Assembly: GCA_964619955.1 (NCBI GenBank)
Contig: CAZUJF010000004.1
Location: 10,595 to 74,594 of the forward strand
Direction of reading: 5' to 3'
Source: an uncultured Planctomycetales bacterium
Lineage (GTDB): Bacteria; Planctomycetota; MHYJ01; JACPRB01
Length of the DNA: 64,000 bases
A model generated the notes under the pieces. It worked only from the letters and a program-made list of their open reading frames with translations, was not told the DNA's origin and did no database searches. Shown one piece after another: positions 12,078 to 20,546 of this stretch. The position numbers and the translations under genes are program-made. Numbering within the stretch: the first letter of the stretch is position 1; every line of letters begins with the position of its first letter.

Positions 12078-13466
12078 ATGATCGACGGCTCCCGGCGCCA
12101 GATGCTCCGCTCCCTCGCGGGGGGCTCGCTGCTGCTGCCCGGCCTCATCTCCGGGCTCCTGGCCGACGAGGATCGAGGGGCGCTCGCCCGCAACCCGCTC
12201 GCGCCGAAACCGTCCCACTTCCCCGCGCGCGCCAAGCGCGTCATCTTCCTCTTCGCGACGGGCGGGGTCTCGCAGCTGGACACCTTCGATTACAAGCCGC
12301 AGCTCTTCAAGGACGACGGAAAGACGCACCTGGTCGCCGGCGGCGGGCTCTCCCGCGACCGGCGCAAGCTGCTGCGCCCGCTCTGGCCCTTCCGCCCCGG
12401 CGGCCGCTGCGGCACGATGATCAGCGACCTCTTCCCCAACATCCGGGACTGCGCCGACGACCTCTGCGTCATCAACTCGATGAAGTCCGACGACAACGAG
12501 CACTACCAGGCCACGCTCGCGATCCACACGGGGAGCTTCTTCTTCTCCCGTCCCAGCATCGGCTCCTGGCTGAGCTACGGCCTGGGGACGATGAACCAGA
12601 ACCTGCCGAGTTTTATGGTCCTGGCCCCCGCGCTGCCGTACGCGGGCACGCAGGTCTTCGCGAACGACTTCCTGCCGGCCTACCACCAGGGTACGCGGGT
12701 GGTGCCGGGACCCGATCCGATCCCCGACCTGGCGCGGCGCTCGCAGGAGCCCGGGCTGCAGGAGCGGGAGCTCGGCCTCGCCCGGGCGCTGGACGCGCGT
12801 CATCTCAAGGACAACGGCCGCGACTCCAATCTCGCGGCGCGGGTGCAGTCCTTCGAGACCGCCTTCCACATGCAGACGGAGGCGCCGGACGCCTTCGATC
12901 TCGCCCGGGAGAGCGACGAGACGCTCGCGCTCTACGGCCTGAAGCGGGGGCAGACCGTCGGCTTCGGCTGGCAGTGCCTCGTGGCGCGGCGCCTGGCGGA
13001 GCGCGGGGTGCGCTTCATCGAGCTCATCGACCAGGGCTCCTCCAACAACTGGGACCAGCACGACAACATGCCGCAGCACGAGAAGCTCGCGAAGCAGGTC
13101 GACCGCCCCATTGCCGGGCTGCTGCAGGACCTGAAGCGCCGGGGCATGCTGGAGGACACGCTCGTGGTGTGGACGACGGAGTTCGGCCGCACGCCGGGCG
13201 AGGACGGCCCGCGCGGGCGCGGCCATCACGGGGCGTGTTTCTCCTCATGGATCGCGGGGGGCGGCGCGCGGGGCGGGAGCGTCTACGGGAAGACGGACGA
13301 GATCTCGTCGAAGGTCGCGGAGAACCAGGTCCACGTGCACGACTTCCACGCCACGCTGCTGCACCTGATGGGCATCGAGCACACGAAGCTGACCTACCGG
13401 CATGCGGGGCGCGACTTCCGTCTGACGGACGTGCACGGCAACGTCCTGCACGACCTGATCGCCTAG
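12078..13466 (+). CDS. DUF1501 domain protein (sulfatase-like fold) with a Tat-type signal
   Basis: RRQMLRSLAGGSLLLPG twin-arginine signal. The core FLFATGGVSQLDTFDYKP...HHGACF is typical of DUF1501. Canonical partner of PSD1. Confidence 0.85.
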   Translation: MIDGSRRQMLRSLAGGSLLLPGLISGLLADEDRGALARNPLAPKPSHFPARAKRVIFLFATGGVSQLDTFDYKPQLFKDDGKTHLVAGGGLSRDRRKLLRPLWPFRPGGRCGTMISDLFPNIRDCADDLCVINSMKSDDNEHYQATLAIHTGSFFFSRPSIGSWLSYGLGTMNQNLPSFMVLAPALPYAGTQVFANDFLPAYHQGTRVVPGPDPIPDLARRSQEPGLQERELGLARALDARHLKDNGRDSNLAARVQSFETAFHMQTEAPDAFDLARESDETLALYGLKRGQTVGFGWQCLVARRLAERGVRFIELIDQGSSNNWDQHDNMPQHEKLAKQVDRPIAGLLQDLKRRGMLEDTLVVWTTEFGRTPGEDGPRGRGHHGACFSSWIAGGGARGGSVYGKTDEISSKVAENQVHVHDFHATLLHLMGIEHTKLTYRHAGRDFRLTDVHGNVLHDLIA

Positions 13467-13906
13467 GCGCGGCCGTCGGTGTCGGAGAGCCGGCGGACCT
13501 TGTCGCGGATGTCCTCCTCCTGTTCCTGGACGAACTTCCCGAAGGTGTCCTCCCAGGTCTTGAGCAGGTTGAGGATCTGGCGGAAGCAGGCGGAGGCGGT
13601 GATGCGCTGGAGTTCCGCGACGGCGCGGGAGACCTCCATCTTGTCGGGCGCCTTCTTGGATTTCGAGGCGCGCTTGTAGAAGCCGGTGAGGATCATCTCC
13701 AGGATCTCGGGCGGGAGGAAGCCGGCGAGTTCGTGTCCCAGGCGGCGGAGCCGGGCGAGTTCCTCGGGTTTCAAATCGCGGCCGTAGTCCGAGGCCTGGC
13801 TGACGAAGCATTTCGAGCAGAACCAGGAGCCCCAGAGGTCGACGCCCTCGCGGGGGTCGAGCGAGGCGCCGCAGGCGCTGCAGGAACGCGAATCTCGGAT
13901 CGCCAT
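13463..13906 (-). CDS. hypothetical zinc-ribbon protein
   Basis: Start chosen at MAIRDSRSCSACGASL... (CxxC...CxxC). 147 aa. Convergent with DUF1501; the stops overlap in the palindrome CTAG (13463-13466). Confidence 0.45.
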   Translation of the reverse strand: MAIRDSRSCSACGASLDPREGVDLWGSWFCSKCFVSQASDYGRDLKPEELARLRRLGHELAGFLPPEILEMILTGFYKRASKSKKAPDKMEVSRAVAELQRITASACFRQILNLLKTWEDTFGKFVQEQEEDIRDKVRRLSDTDGRA

Positions 13907-14014
13907 GGGGCGGGAGTATACGGCAGGCGCCGAATGGACACCAGAACTCCCGCGGGTAAGGTATGATTCAATCGGTTGGAGCCGGCGGAGGGATCTATCC
14001 GGGAGGAGGAACCC

Positions 14015-14405
14015 ATGCGGCTCTGGACGGCAGTTCTCGTCATCGCCCTGGCGGCCGGCTGCGGCAAGTACGTGCCCGCCCCGGAGGTTCCGGAGACCCG
14101 GAAGATCCTGAAGAGCGTCAGTGTGGCCCTCGAGCACTTCAAGAAGGACCACCGCAAATTCCCCGCGAAGCTGGAGGATCTGCAGACCCGCCCCCCCCTA
14201 CGTGGACGCCAAGAAGTGGCCGGAGGGGGGCTATCTGAAGAAGATCCCGAAGGACGCCTGGGGCAACGCCCTGATCTACCAGGCGCCGGGCACGGGGGGC
14301 CTGCCCTACGATCTCGTTTCCACGGGCGAAGACGGCCTGCCCGGGGGCGAGAAGGACGCCCAGGACCTCTCCCTGGAGCCCAAGAGCCTCCCCAAGAAGA
14401 AGTAG
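14015..14405 (+). pseudogene. lipoprotein carrying a T2SS GspG-like pseudopilin globular domain, frameshifted in a C8 homopolymer (14191-14198)
   Basis: RBS GGGAGGAGGA, then ATG at 14015. Lipobox LAAGC. The sequence VALEHFKKDHRKFPAKLEDLQTRPP[shift]YVDAKKWPEGGYLKKIPKDAWGNALIYQAPG..YDLVSTGEDGLPGGEKDAQD aligns with the GspG C-domain (YPEGGYIRRLPQDPWG..Y...PG...D..S.G.DG). The reading frame switches from frame 2 to frame 0 inside the run cccgCCCCCCCC. Confidence 0.65.
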
Positions 14406-14408
14406 CCC

Positions 14409-14474
14409 CAACAAAACAGCCCGTCTGCTTTGTTGCCTTCCGAAGGGCAACAAAGCAGACGGGCTGTTTTGTTG
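14409..14474. repeat. nested palindromic repeat element, copy 1 of 3: CAACAAAACAGCCCGTCTGCTTTGTTGCC-loop-GGCAACAAAGCAGACGGGCTGTTTTGTTG
   Basis: 29-nt arms that are perfect inverted complements, separated by an 8-nt loop. Each arm is itself self-complementary (AACAAAaCAG..CTGcTTTGTT). Near-identical copies at 23209-23272 and 63426-63489. Confidence 0.85.
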
Positions 14475-14573
14475 AGTGCCGATTCGGTTCATTTTGACGT
14501 AATCGACCCCAGGGAGGGGACGGGCCGTGTAGTATTGACTGGAGCGGGACGCAGAGGCAACGAGGGGCATCGA

Positions 14574-15938
14574 ATGCTGCGCGTCGACAACGGCGGTTCC
14601 TGCGGCTATTGCGACGGGCTGCCCCGACGCAGCTTCCTCCAGCTCGGCCTCGCCGGGCTCGCCTCCGTCGGGCTCCCCCAACTCTTCCAGGCCCGCGACG
14701 CCTCCGCCAGGACCGGACTCGCCCCCAAGGACACCCGCGTCATCCTCGTCTGGCTCGACGGCGGCCCCAGCCACCTCGACCTCTGGGACATGAAACCCGA
14801 GGCCCCCGCCGAATACCGCGGCCTGTGGCGCCCCATCCCCACCAACGTCGCCGGCATGCAGGTCAGCGAACTCTTCCCCCGGCAGGCCCGCGTCGCGGAC
14901 AAGTTCTCCATCGTGCGTTCGATGCACCATGACGACGGCGATCACTTCGGCGGCGCGCACCGCCTCCTGACCGGCCGCGCCGGCGCGAGCGGCGCCGACA
15001 CCTCGGGCAAGTATCCGAGCATCGGCTCCATCATCGCCAAGACCGCCGGGGCCCGCACGAAGGGCATGATCCCCTACTCGGCCATCCCCCACGCCTCCTC
15101 CGTCGGGATCCGGCCCGGCTACTTCGGCGCCAACTACCTCGGCCAGCACAACGACCCCTTCGAGACCGAGGGCGACCCCAACTCCAAGGAGTTCAAGGTC
15201 CGCAACCTCATGCTCCAGGGCGGACTCACGATCGAGCGCCTCGACAACCGGCGCGGCCTGCTCAAGAATTTCGACAATCTCCAGCGCGAGGTCGACGCCA
15301 GCGGCATGTTCGAGTCCATGGGCCACTTCGAGAAGCAGGCCTACGAACTCGTCACCAGCGCCGCGGTCCGCGACGCCTTCGACCTGTCCAAGGAACCCGA
15401 CGCCCTCCGCGACCGCTACGGCCGCAACTCCTGGGGCCAGTCCGTGCTCCTCAGCCGCCGCCTCGCCCAGGCCGGCGTGACGTTCAACACGGTCCACATG
15501 GGCGGCTGGGACCACCATTGGGACCTCAAGGCGGGCATGGAGAACTACCTGCCGCGCCTCGACCAGGCCCTCGGCGCCCTCTTCGAGGACCTCGCCGCGA
15601 GCGGCCTCTGGGAGAAGACCCTCGTCATCGTCATGGGCGAATTCAGCCGCACGCCGCGCATGAACGACGGCAGCGGCAAGGGCACGCCGGGCCGCGACCA
15701 CTGGGGCGGCGCGATGTCGATCCTGATGGGCGGCGGCGGCATCCAGGGCGGCCGCATCGTCGGCGCCACCGACGCGAAGGGCGAATACCCGAAGGAACGG
15801 CCGCTCGTCCCGCAGGACCTGCACGCCACGATCTACCACTGTCTCGGGATCGATCCGGCGCCGCTGTCCTTCCTGAACCACCAGGGCCGCCCCGTCCCCG
15901 CCATCGACGAGGGCTCGGTGATCCGGGAACTGCTTTAG
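14574..15938 (+). CDS. DUF1501 domain protein (Tat signal)
   Basis: ATG at 14574. RRSFLQLGLAGLASVG Tat-like signal. The motif VILVWLDGGPSHLDLWDMKPEAP is typical of DUF1501. The 5' extension of ORF 14430.. is rejected. Confidence 0.85.
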   Translation: MLRVDNGGSCGYCDGLPRRSFLQLGLAGLASVGLPQLFQARDASARTGLAPKDTRVILVWLDGGPSHLDLWDMKPEAPAEYRGLWRPIPTNVAGMQVSELFPRQARVADKFSIVRSMHHDDGDHFGGAHRLLTGRAGASGADTSGKYPSIGSIIAKTAGARTKGMIPYSAIPHASSVGIRPGYFGANYLGQHNDPFETEGDPNSKEFKVRNLMLQGGLTIERLDNRRGLLKNFDNLQREVDASGMFESMGHFEKQAYELVTSAAVRDAFDLSKEPDALRDRYGRNSWGQSVLLSRRLAQAGVTFNTVHMGGWDHHWDLKAGMENYLPRLDQALGALFEDLAASGLWEKTLVIVMGEFSRTPRMNDGSGKGTPGRDHWGGAMSILMGGGGIQGGRIVGATDAKGEYPKERPLVPQDLHATIYHCLGIDPAPLSFLNHQGRPVPAIDEGSVIRELL

Positions 15939-17365
15939 CCCAGGATCCCCTTCACGACCTTGCCGTGTACGTCGGTGAGGCGGTAGTCGCGACCCTGGAA
16001 GCGGTAGGTCAGCTTCTCGTGGTCCATGCCGATCAGGTGCAGGATCGTCGCCTGCAGGTCGTGGACGTGGACCTTGTCCTTCGCCACGGAGAAGCCCAGG
16101 TCGTCGCTCTCGCCGTACGTGAAGCCGCCCTTCACGCCGCCGCCCGCCATGAAGATCGAGTAGGCGTCCGGGAAGTGATCCCGGCCGAGCACCGCGCCCT
16201 TCGCCGTGCGGCCCTCGCGGAACGGCGTCCGCCCGAACTCGCCGCCCCAGACGATCAGCGTCTCGTCCAGCAGCCCGCGCTGCTTCAGGTCCCGGATCAG
16301 CGCCGCCACCGGCACGTCCATCGTCCGGCACTTGTTCGTCAGGCCGTCGCGGATGTCCTCGGCGGGGTTCGTGCCGTGAAAGTCCCAGCCCCAGTCGAAG
16401 AGCTGCACGAAGCGCACGCCCTTCTCCACCAGGCGCCGCGCCAGCAGGCAGTTGTTCGCGAGGCTCGAGGACCCGGGCTTCGCCCCGTAGTCCTTGAGCA
16501 CCGCCTCCGGCTCCTTCGTGATGTCCATCACCTCGGGGACCGACGCCTGCATGCGGTACGCGAGCTCGTACTGCGCGATCCGCGTCAGCGTCTCCGGATT
16601 GCCCATCTCCTTCGCCTGCGCCTCGTTGAGGTCCTTCAGCGCGTCCAGGCTCGCCCGGCGGATCTCGCGGTCCATGCCCGGGGGATCCGAGACGTAAAGC
16701 ACCGGGTCGCCCTGCGAGCGGCACTGCACGCCCTGGTAGACGGACGGCAGGAAGCCGGCGCCCCAGTCGTTCTTGCCGGCGCTCGGCTGCACGCCGCTCG
16801 AGATCAGCACCACGAAGCCGGGCAGGTTCTGGTTCTCCGTCCCGAGCCCGTACGTCACCCAGCTCCCCATCGAGGGGCGCCCCTGGTTCGGCGAGCCCGT
16901 GTAGAGCAGCAGCTCCGCGGGCGCGTGGTTGAACTGGTCGGTATTCATCGAGCGGATCACGCAGAGCTCGTCCGCCACTTTTTGCAGGTTCGGGATCGCG
17001 TCCGAAAGCCAGGTGCCGCCGCTTCCGCACTGCGCGAACTTGCGCGGCGTGCCCATCAGCTTCGGGACGCCGCTCGTAAACGCGAAGCGCTTGCCCTTGA
17101 GGAATTCGCCCGGACAGTCCTTGCCGTCCAGCCGCACCAGCTCGGGCTTGTAGTCGAGCAGGTCGAGATGCGGCGGCGAGCCCGCCATGTGCAGGTAGAT
17201 GACGTTCTTCGCGCGCGCCTTGAAATGGGACTTGCGGGTCGCCATCGGGTTCTCGTCGTCGGCGAAGCCCGGCAGGCCCGCCATCGCGAGCCCGCCCAGG
17301 CCGAGCGAACATTCCTTCAGGAAGGTGCGCCGGGTCGCTTGAAGCAGCCGTTCGTCTCGGGTCAC
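15935..17365 (-). CDS. DUF1501 domain protein (Tat signal)
   Basis: RRTFLKECSLGLGGLAMAG signal and VIYLHMAGSPPHLDLLDYKPE motif. Lies downstream of and in an operon with PSD1 (17376..20492). Confidence 0.85.
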   Translation of the reverse strand: MTRDERLLQATRRTFLKECSLGLGGLAMAGLPGFADDENPMATRKSHFKARAKNVIYLHMAGSPPHLDLLDYKPELVRLDGKDCPGEFLKGKRFAFTSGVPKLMGTPRKFAQCGSGGTWLSDAIPNLQKVADELCVIRSMNTDQFNHAPAELLLYTGSPNQGRPSMGSWVTYGLGTENQNLPGFVVLISSGVQPSAGKNDWGAGFLPSVYQGVQCRSQGDPVLYVSDPPGMDREIRRASLDALKDLNEAQAKEMGNPETLTRIAQYELAYRMQASVPEVMDITKEPEAVLKDYGAKPGSSSLANNCLLARRLVEKGVRFVQLFDWGWDFHGTNPAEDIRDGLTNKCRTMDVPVAALIRDLKQRGLLDETLIVWGGEFGRTPFREGRTAKGAVLGRDHFPDAYSIFMAGGGVKGGFTYGESDDLGFSVAKDKVHVHDLQATILHLIGMDHEKLTYRFQGRDYRLTDVHGKVVKGILG

Positions 17366-17375
17366 AGGGCTCCCT

Positions 17376-20300
17376 TCATCGCTTCATGAACAGTTCGTCG
17401 AGGTTCAGCAAAACGTTGCAGACGACCGTCCAGGCGGCCAGGTCGGCGGCGTCCATGCCCGCGGGCAGCGGCCCGAGCGGGTCCGTCGCCAGGGATTTCG
17501 CCTTCGCCGGATCCTTCTCGTAGCGCGCCTTCATCTCGCCGTGCAGCTTCACGAGCCGCGCGGTTTCGGCGGCCGTCGGCGGACGCGTGAGACAACGGCG
17601 GAAGCCCCAGGCCGCGAGCTCCTCGGCGGTCCTGCCCTGCGCCGCCATGAGCCGCGCCAGCGCCTGGGCGGCTTCGACGTAGACCGGATCGTTCAGCGTC
17701 ACCAGCGCCTGCAGCGGCGTGTTCGTCGGGATGCGCCGCACCGTGCAGACGTTGCGGTCCGGCGCGTCGAAGGTCGCCATCGAGGGATACGTGACCGAAC
17801 GGCGCCAGAACGTGTACAGGCCGCGGCGGTAGCGGTCCTCGCCCTTCGAAGCCTCCCAGTCCGTCGACGTCGAGAACGCCGCCGCGAGACCCAGCTTCGG
17901 CTGGGGCGGATACACCGAGGGCCCGCCGAGTTTCCGGCTCAGCAGGCCGCTCACGAAGAGCGCCTGGTCGCGCACGACTTCCGCGAGCAGACGCTGCCGC
18001 GGACCGCGTCCGAGCAGCCGGTTCCCCGGATCCTTCGCGATCTGTTCGGGCCGCACCTGCGAGGATTGCCGGTACGTCCGCGACATCACGAGCTGTTTCA
18101 GGAGGCGTTTCACGTCCCAGCCGTTCTTCTGGAAGTCCGCGGCAAGGGCGTCGAGCAGCTCGGGATGCGAGGGCCATTCGCCCCTCAGGCCCCAGTCCTC
18201 GCTGGTCGCCATGAGCCCGGTGCCGAAGATCTGCTCCCAATAGCGGTTGACCGCGACGCGCGCCGTGAGCGGGTTCTCCGGGCTGACCACCCAGAGCGCG
18301 AAGCCGAGGCGGTTCGACGGCGCGTCCTTCGGCAGCGGCGGGAACTCCGCCGGCACGCCCGCGCTGACCTCCTTGCCCTTGATGAGGAAGTTGCCGCGTT
18401 CCTGGATCTGCGTCTTCCGCCGACGCTCCTTCGCCAGCTCCTTCATCACCGGCAGCGTGCCCGCCGGCTTCAGGTCCGTGAGCGCCTTCTTTGCGGCCGC
18501 GAGCGCCTCGCGCGCCGCGGCCGTTTCGGGCGCGGTCTGGCGGTGCCACGCGACGACCTTGGGATCCTCAGCGGCGCCCTTCGCGAGCGCCGCCCGCACG
18601 TCCGCGGGGGTGCGGATGAAGCCCGGGAGCAGGACGTCGTCGCCGAGCGCGATCTTCCCCTCGGGGCGCGACACGAGCGCCGCCCCGGCCTCCAGCGTCA
18701 GGGGTTTCTCGAGCGCGACCCAGACGCTCCCCGCGGCGGGGACAAAGCGGCCCGCGAGGGCGAGCTCCTTCACCCCGTCGATGCGCCATTCGGTCTTCGG
18801 ATTCGGAAAATCGGCGAACGAACGCTCCTCGACCGTCTTGCGCTTCTCGTCGAGCAGCTTGACCCGGAAGTCCTTCAGGCGGGCGGACGTCCCCTCGCCG
18901 CCGTCCGTGCGGTTCCAGACCACGACACGCTCGACCGCCGCCACCTTGCCGAGGTCGACCTCCCACCAGGGATCGTCATTAGCATCCGTGTGGGTCACCG
19001 ACTTCGAGGCGTGGTAGTCGCCGTTCGTGTTGCCGTCGATGGCCAGCGCCGCCGGCCCCTCGAAGGCGGTGGAACTCTGCTTCGCCTTGCCCTTGCGCGC
19101 GACGTTGTCGCCGGCGGCGAAGACCTCGACCTCGGCGAGCGAAAGATATTTGCCCTTGCCCGGGAGCTCGACCCGAACGAAGCGCGCGGGAGCGGCCGCC
19201 GCCGGGCCGTGTTTGAGGCCGACCGTCAGCTTGCCCAGATCGCCGGGCGCCTCGATCTTCAGGGCGGTCGCGGTCTTCACGGATTCCTTCCAGACCGGCG
19301 GCACCGCGAACGCGGCGACCCACTTCGTCCGCGCGGCGGCGAGCGCCGGGGTGTCCTTCGCCAGCTCCGCGTCAAGCCGGGCGACGTCCGCCTCCAGCGT
19401 CCGGCGGCGCTGTTTCTGCTCGTCGGTCCAGATCGGCACCGTCGGGAAGTCGTCCCCGCGGTCGGAGTCCTCGCTCTGGTTGAAGAACGCGAAGATCTTG
19501 AAGAACTCCTCCTGGGAGAACGGGTCGTACTTGTGGTTGTGGCACTGGGCGCAGGCGGAGGTCAGCCCCATCCAGGTCTGCATCACCGTGTTCACGCGGT
19601 CGACGATCGCGGCGTTGCGGAACTCCTCGTCGTCCGTGCCGCCTTCGGTGTTCGTGAGCGTGTTGCGGTGGAAGGCGGTGGCGTGGATCTGGTCCTCGGT
19701 GGCGTCGGGGAGCAGGTCGCCCGCGAGGATCTGCAGGCTGAACTGGTCGTAGGGGAGGTTGCGGTTGAGGGCGTTGATCAGCCAGTCGCGCCAGGCCCAG
19801 ATCACGCGCGGCCGGTCCTCCGCGTAGCCCTGGCTGTCCGCATAGCGCGCGAGATCCAGCCAGAGTTTGGCCCAGCGCTCGCCGTACGCGGGGCCGGCGA
19901 TGAGGCGGTCGACGAGTTTCTCGTAGGCGTTCGGGTCCTGGTCCTTCAGGAAGCTGTCCACCTCCTCGAGCGTCGGCGGCAGGCCGGTCAGGTCGAGCGA
20001 GAGGCGGCGGATCAGGGTGGCGCGGTCGGCCTCGGGGGCGAACCCGAGCTTCTCCGCCTCGAGCCGGGCGAGGATGTGGCGGTCGATGTCGGCGCCGCCG
20101 CCCTCGGGCTTCACGAAGGCCCAATGGCGCTGGTACGGGGCGCCCTGCTCGATCCAGCGCTTGAGGAGATCGACCTCGCGGGGGCTGAGTTTCTTGCCGG
20201 ACTTGGGGGGCGGCATGAGCTCGTCGCGGTCCTTGGAGGTCACGCGCGCGAGGAGTTCGCTCTTCGCCGGCTTGCCCGGGACGACCGCGAATTTCCCGGC

Positions 20301-20492
20301 GAGATCGGCGACGGCGCCTTCGCGGGTGTCGAGACGCAGGTCGCCTTTGCGGCCCTTCTCGTCAGGGCCATGACAGAGCAGGCAGTTGTTGGCGAGGATG
20401 GGCCGGATGTCGCGGGTGAAGTCGACTTTGGTTTCGTCGTTTCCGGCGGCGGATCCCACCAGCAGCAGCAGCGCCAGGAGTGCGGATCGCAT
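17376..20492 (-). CDS. PSD1-type protein (PSCyt + DUF1549 + DUF1553) with an inserted F5/8 type C (discoidin)-like domain
   Basis: Signal peptide, then CLLCHGPDEKGRKGDLRLD, RHWAFVKPEG, and DUF1549/DUF1553 motifs. The segment RFVRVELPGKGKYLSLAEVEVFA...NGDYHASKSVTHTDANDDPWWEVDLGK is discoidin-like. Confidence 0.85.
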   Translation of the reverse strand: MRSALLALLLLVGSAAGNDETKVDFTRDIRPILANNCLLCHGPDEKGRKGDLRLDTREGAVADLAGKFAVVPGKPAKSELLARVTSKDRDELMPPPKSGKKLSPREVDLLKRWIEQGAPYQRHWAFVKPEGGGADIDRHILARLEAEKLGFAPEADRATLIRRLSLDLTGLPPTLEEVDSFLKDQDPNAYEKLVDRLIAGPAYGERWAKLWLDLARYADSQGYAEDRPRVIWAWRDWLINALNRNLPYDQFSLQILAGDLLPDATEDQIHATAFHRNTLTNTEGGTDDEEFRNAAIVDRVNTVMQTWMGLTSACAQCHNHKYDPFSQEEFFKIFAFFNQSEDSDRGDDFPTVPIWTDEQKQRRRTLEADVARLDAELAKDTPALAAARTKWVAAFAVPPVWKESVKTATALKIEAPGDLGKLTVGLKHGPAAAAPARFVRVELPGKGKYLSLAEVEVFAAGDNVARKGKAKQSSTAFEGPAALAIDGNTNGDYHASKSVTHTDANDDPWWEVDLGKVAAVERVVVWNRTDGGEGTSARLKDFRVKLLDEKRKTVEERSFADFPNPKTEWRIDGVKELALAGRFVPAAGSVWVALEKPLTLEAGAALVSRPEGKIALGDDVLLPGFIRTPADVRAALAKGAAEDPKVVAWHRQTAPETAAAREALAAAKKALTDLKPAGTLPVMKELAKERRRKTQIQERGNFLIKGKEVSAGVPAEFPPLPKDAPSNRLGFALWVVSPENPLTARVAVNRYWEQIFGTGLMATSEDWGLRGEWPSHPELLDALAADFQKNGWDVKRLLKQLVMSRTYRQSSQVRPEQIAKDPGNRLLGRGPRQRLLAEVVRDQALFVSGLLSRKLGGPSVYPPQPKLGLAAAFSTSTDWEASKGEDRYRRGLYTFWRRSVTYPSMATFDAPDRNVCTVRRIPTNTPLQALVTLNDPVYVEAAQALARLMAAQGRTAEELAAWGFRRCLTRPPTAAETARLVKLHGEMKARYEKDPAKAKSLATDPLGPLPAGMDAADLAAWTVVCNVLLNLDELFMKR

Positions 20493-20546
20493 ACGATGAA
20501 CCCCTACCCTGATTACCCGAATGCCGGAAGCTCCGGTGGATTATTG

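Noticed and set aside
9731-12283. 850-aa minus-strand ORF, plus ORFs 10159..12081 and 10368..11615 in other frames
   Set aside because: All overlap the PSD1 gene, whose frame carries clear family motifs. The alternatives are R/G/P-rich artefacts.
14139-17389. 1057-aa (-) and 623-aa (+) ORFs spanning the DUF1501 genes
   Set aside because: They are antisense or out of frame relative to the two DUF1501 genes. The translations are low-complexity.
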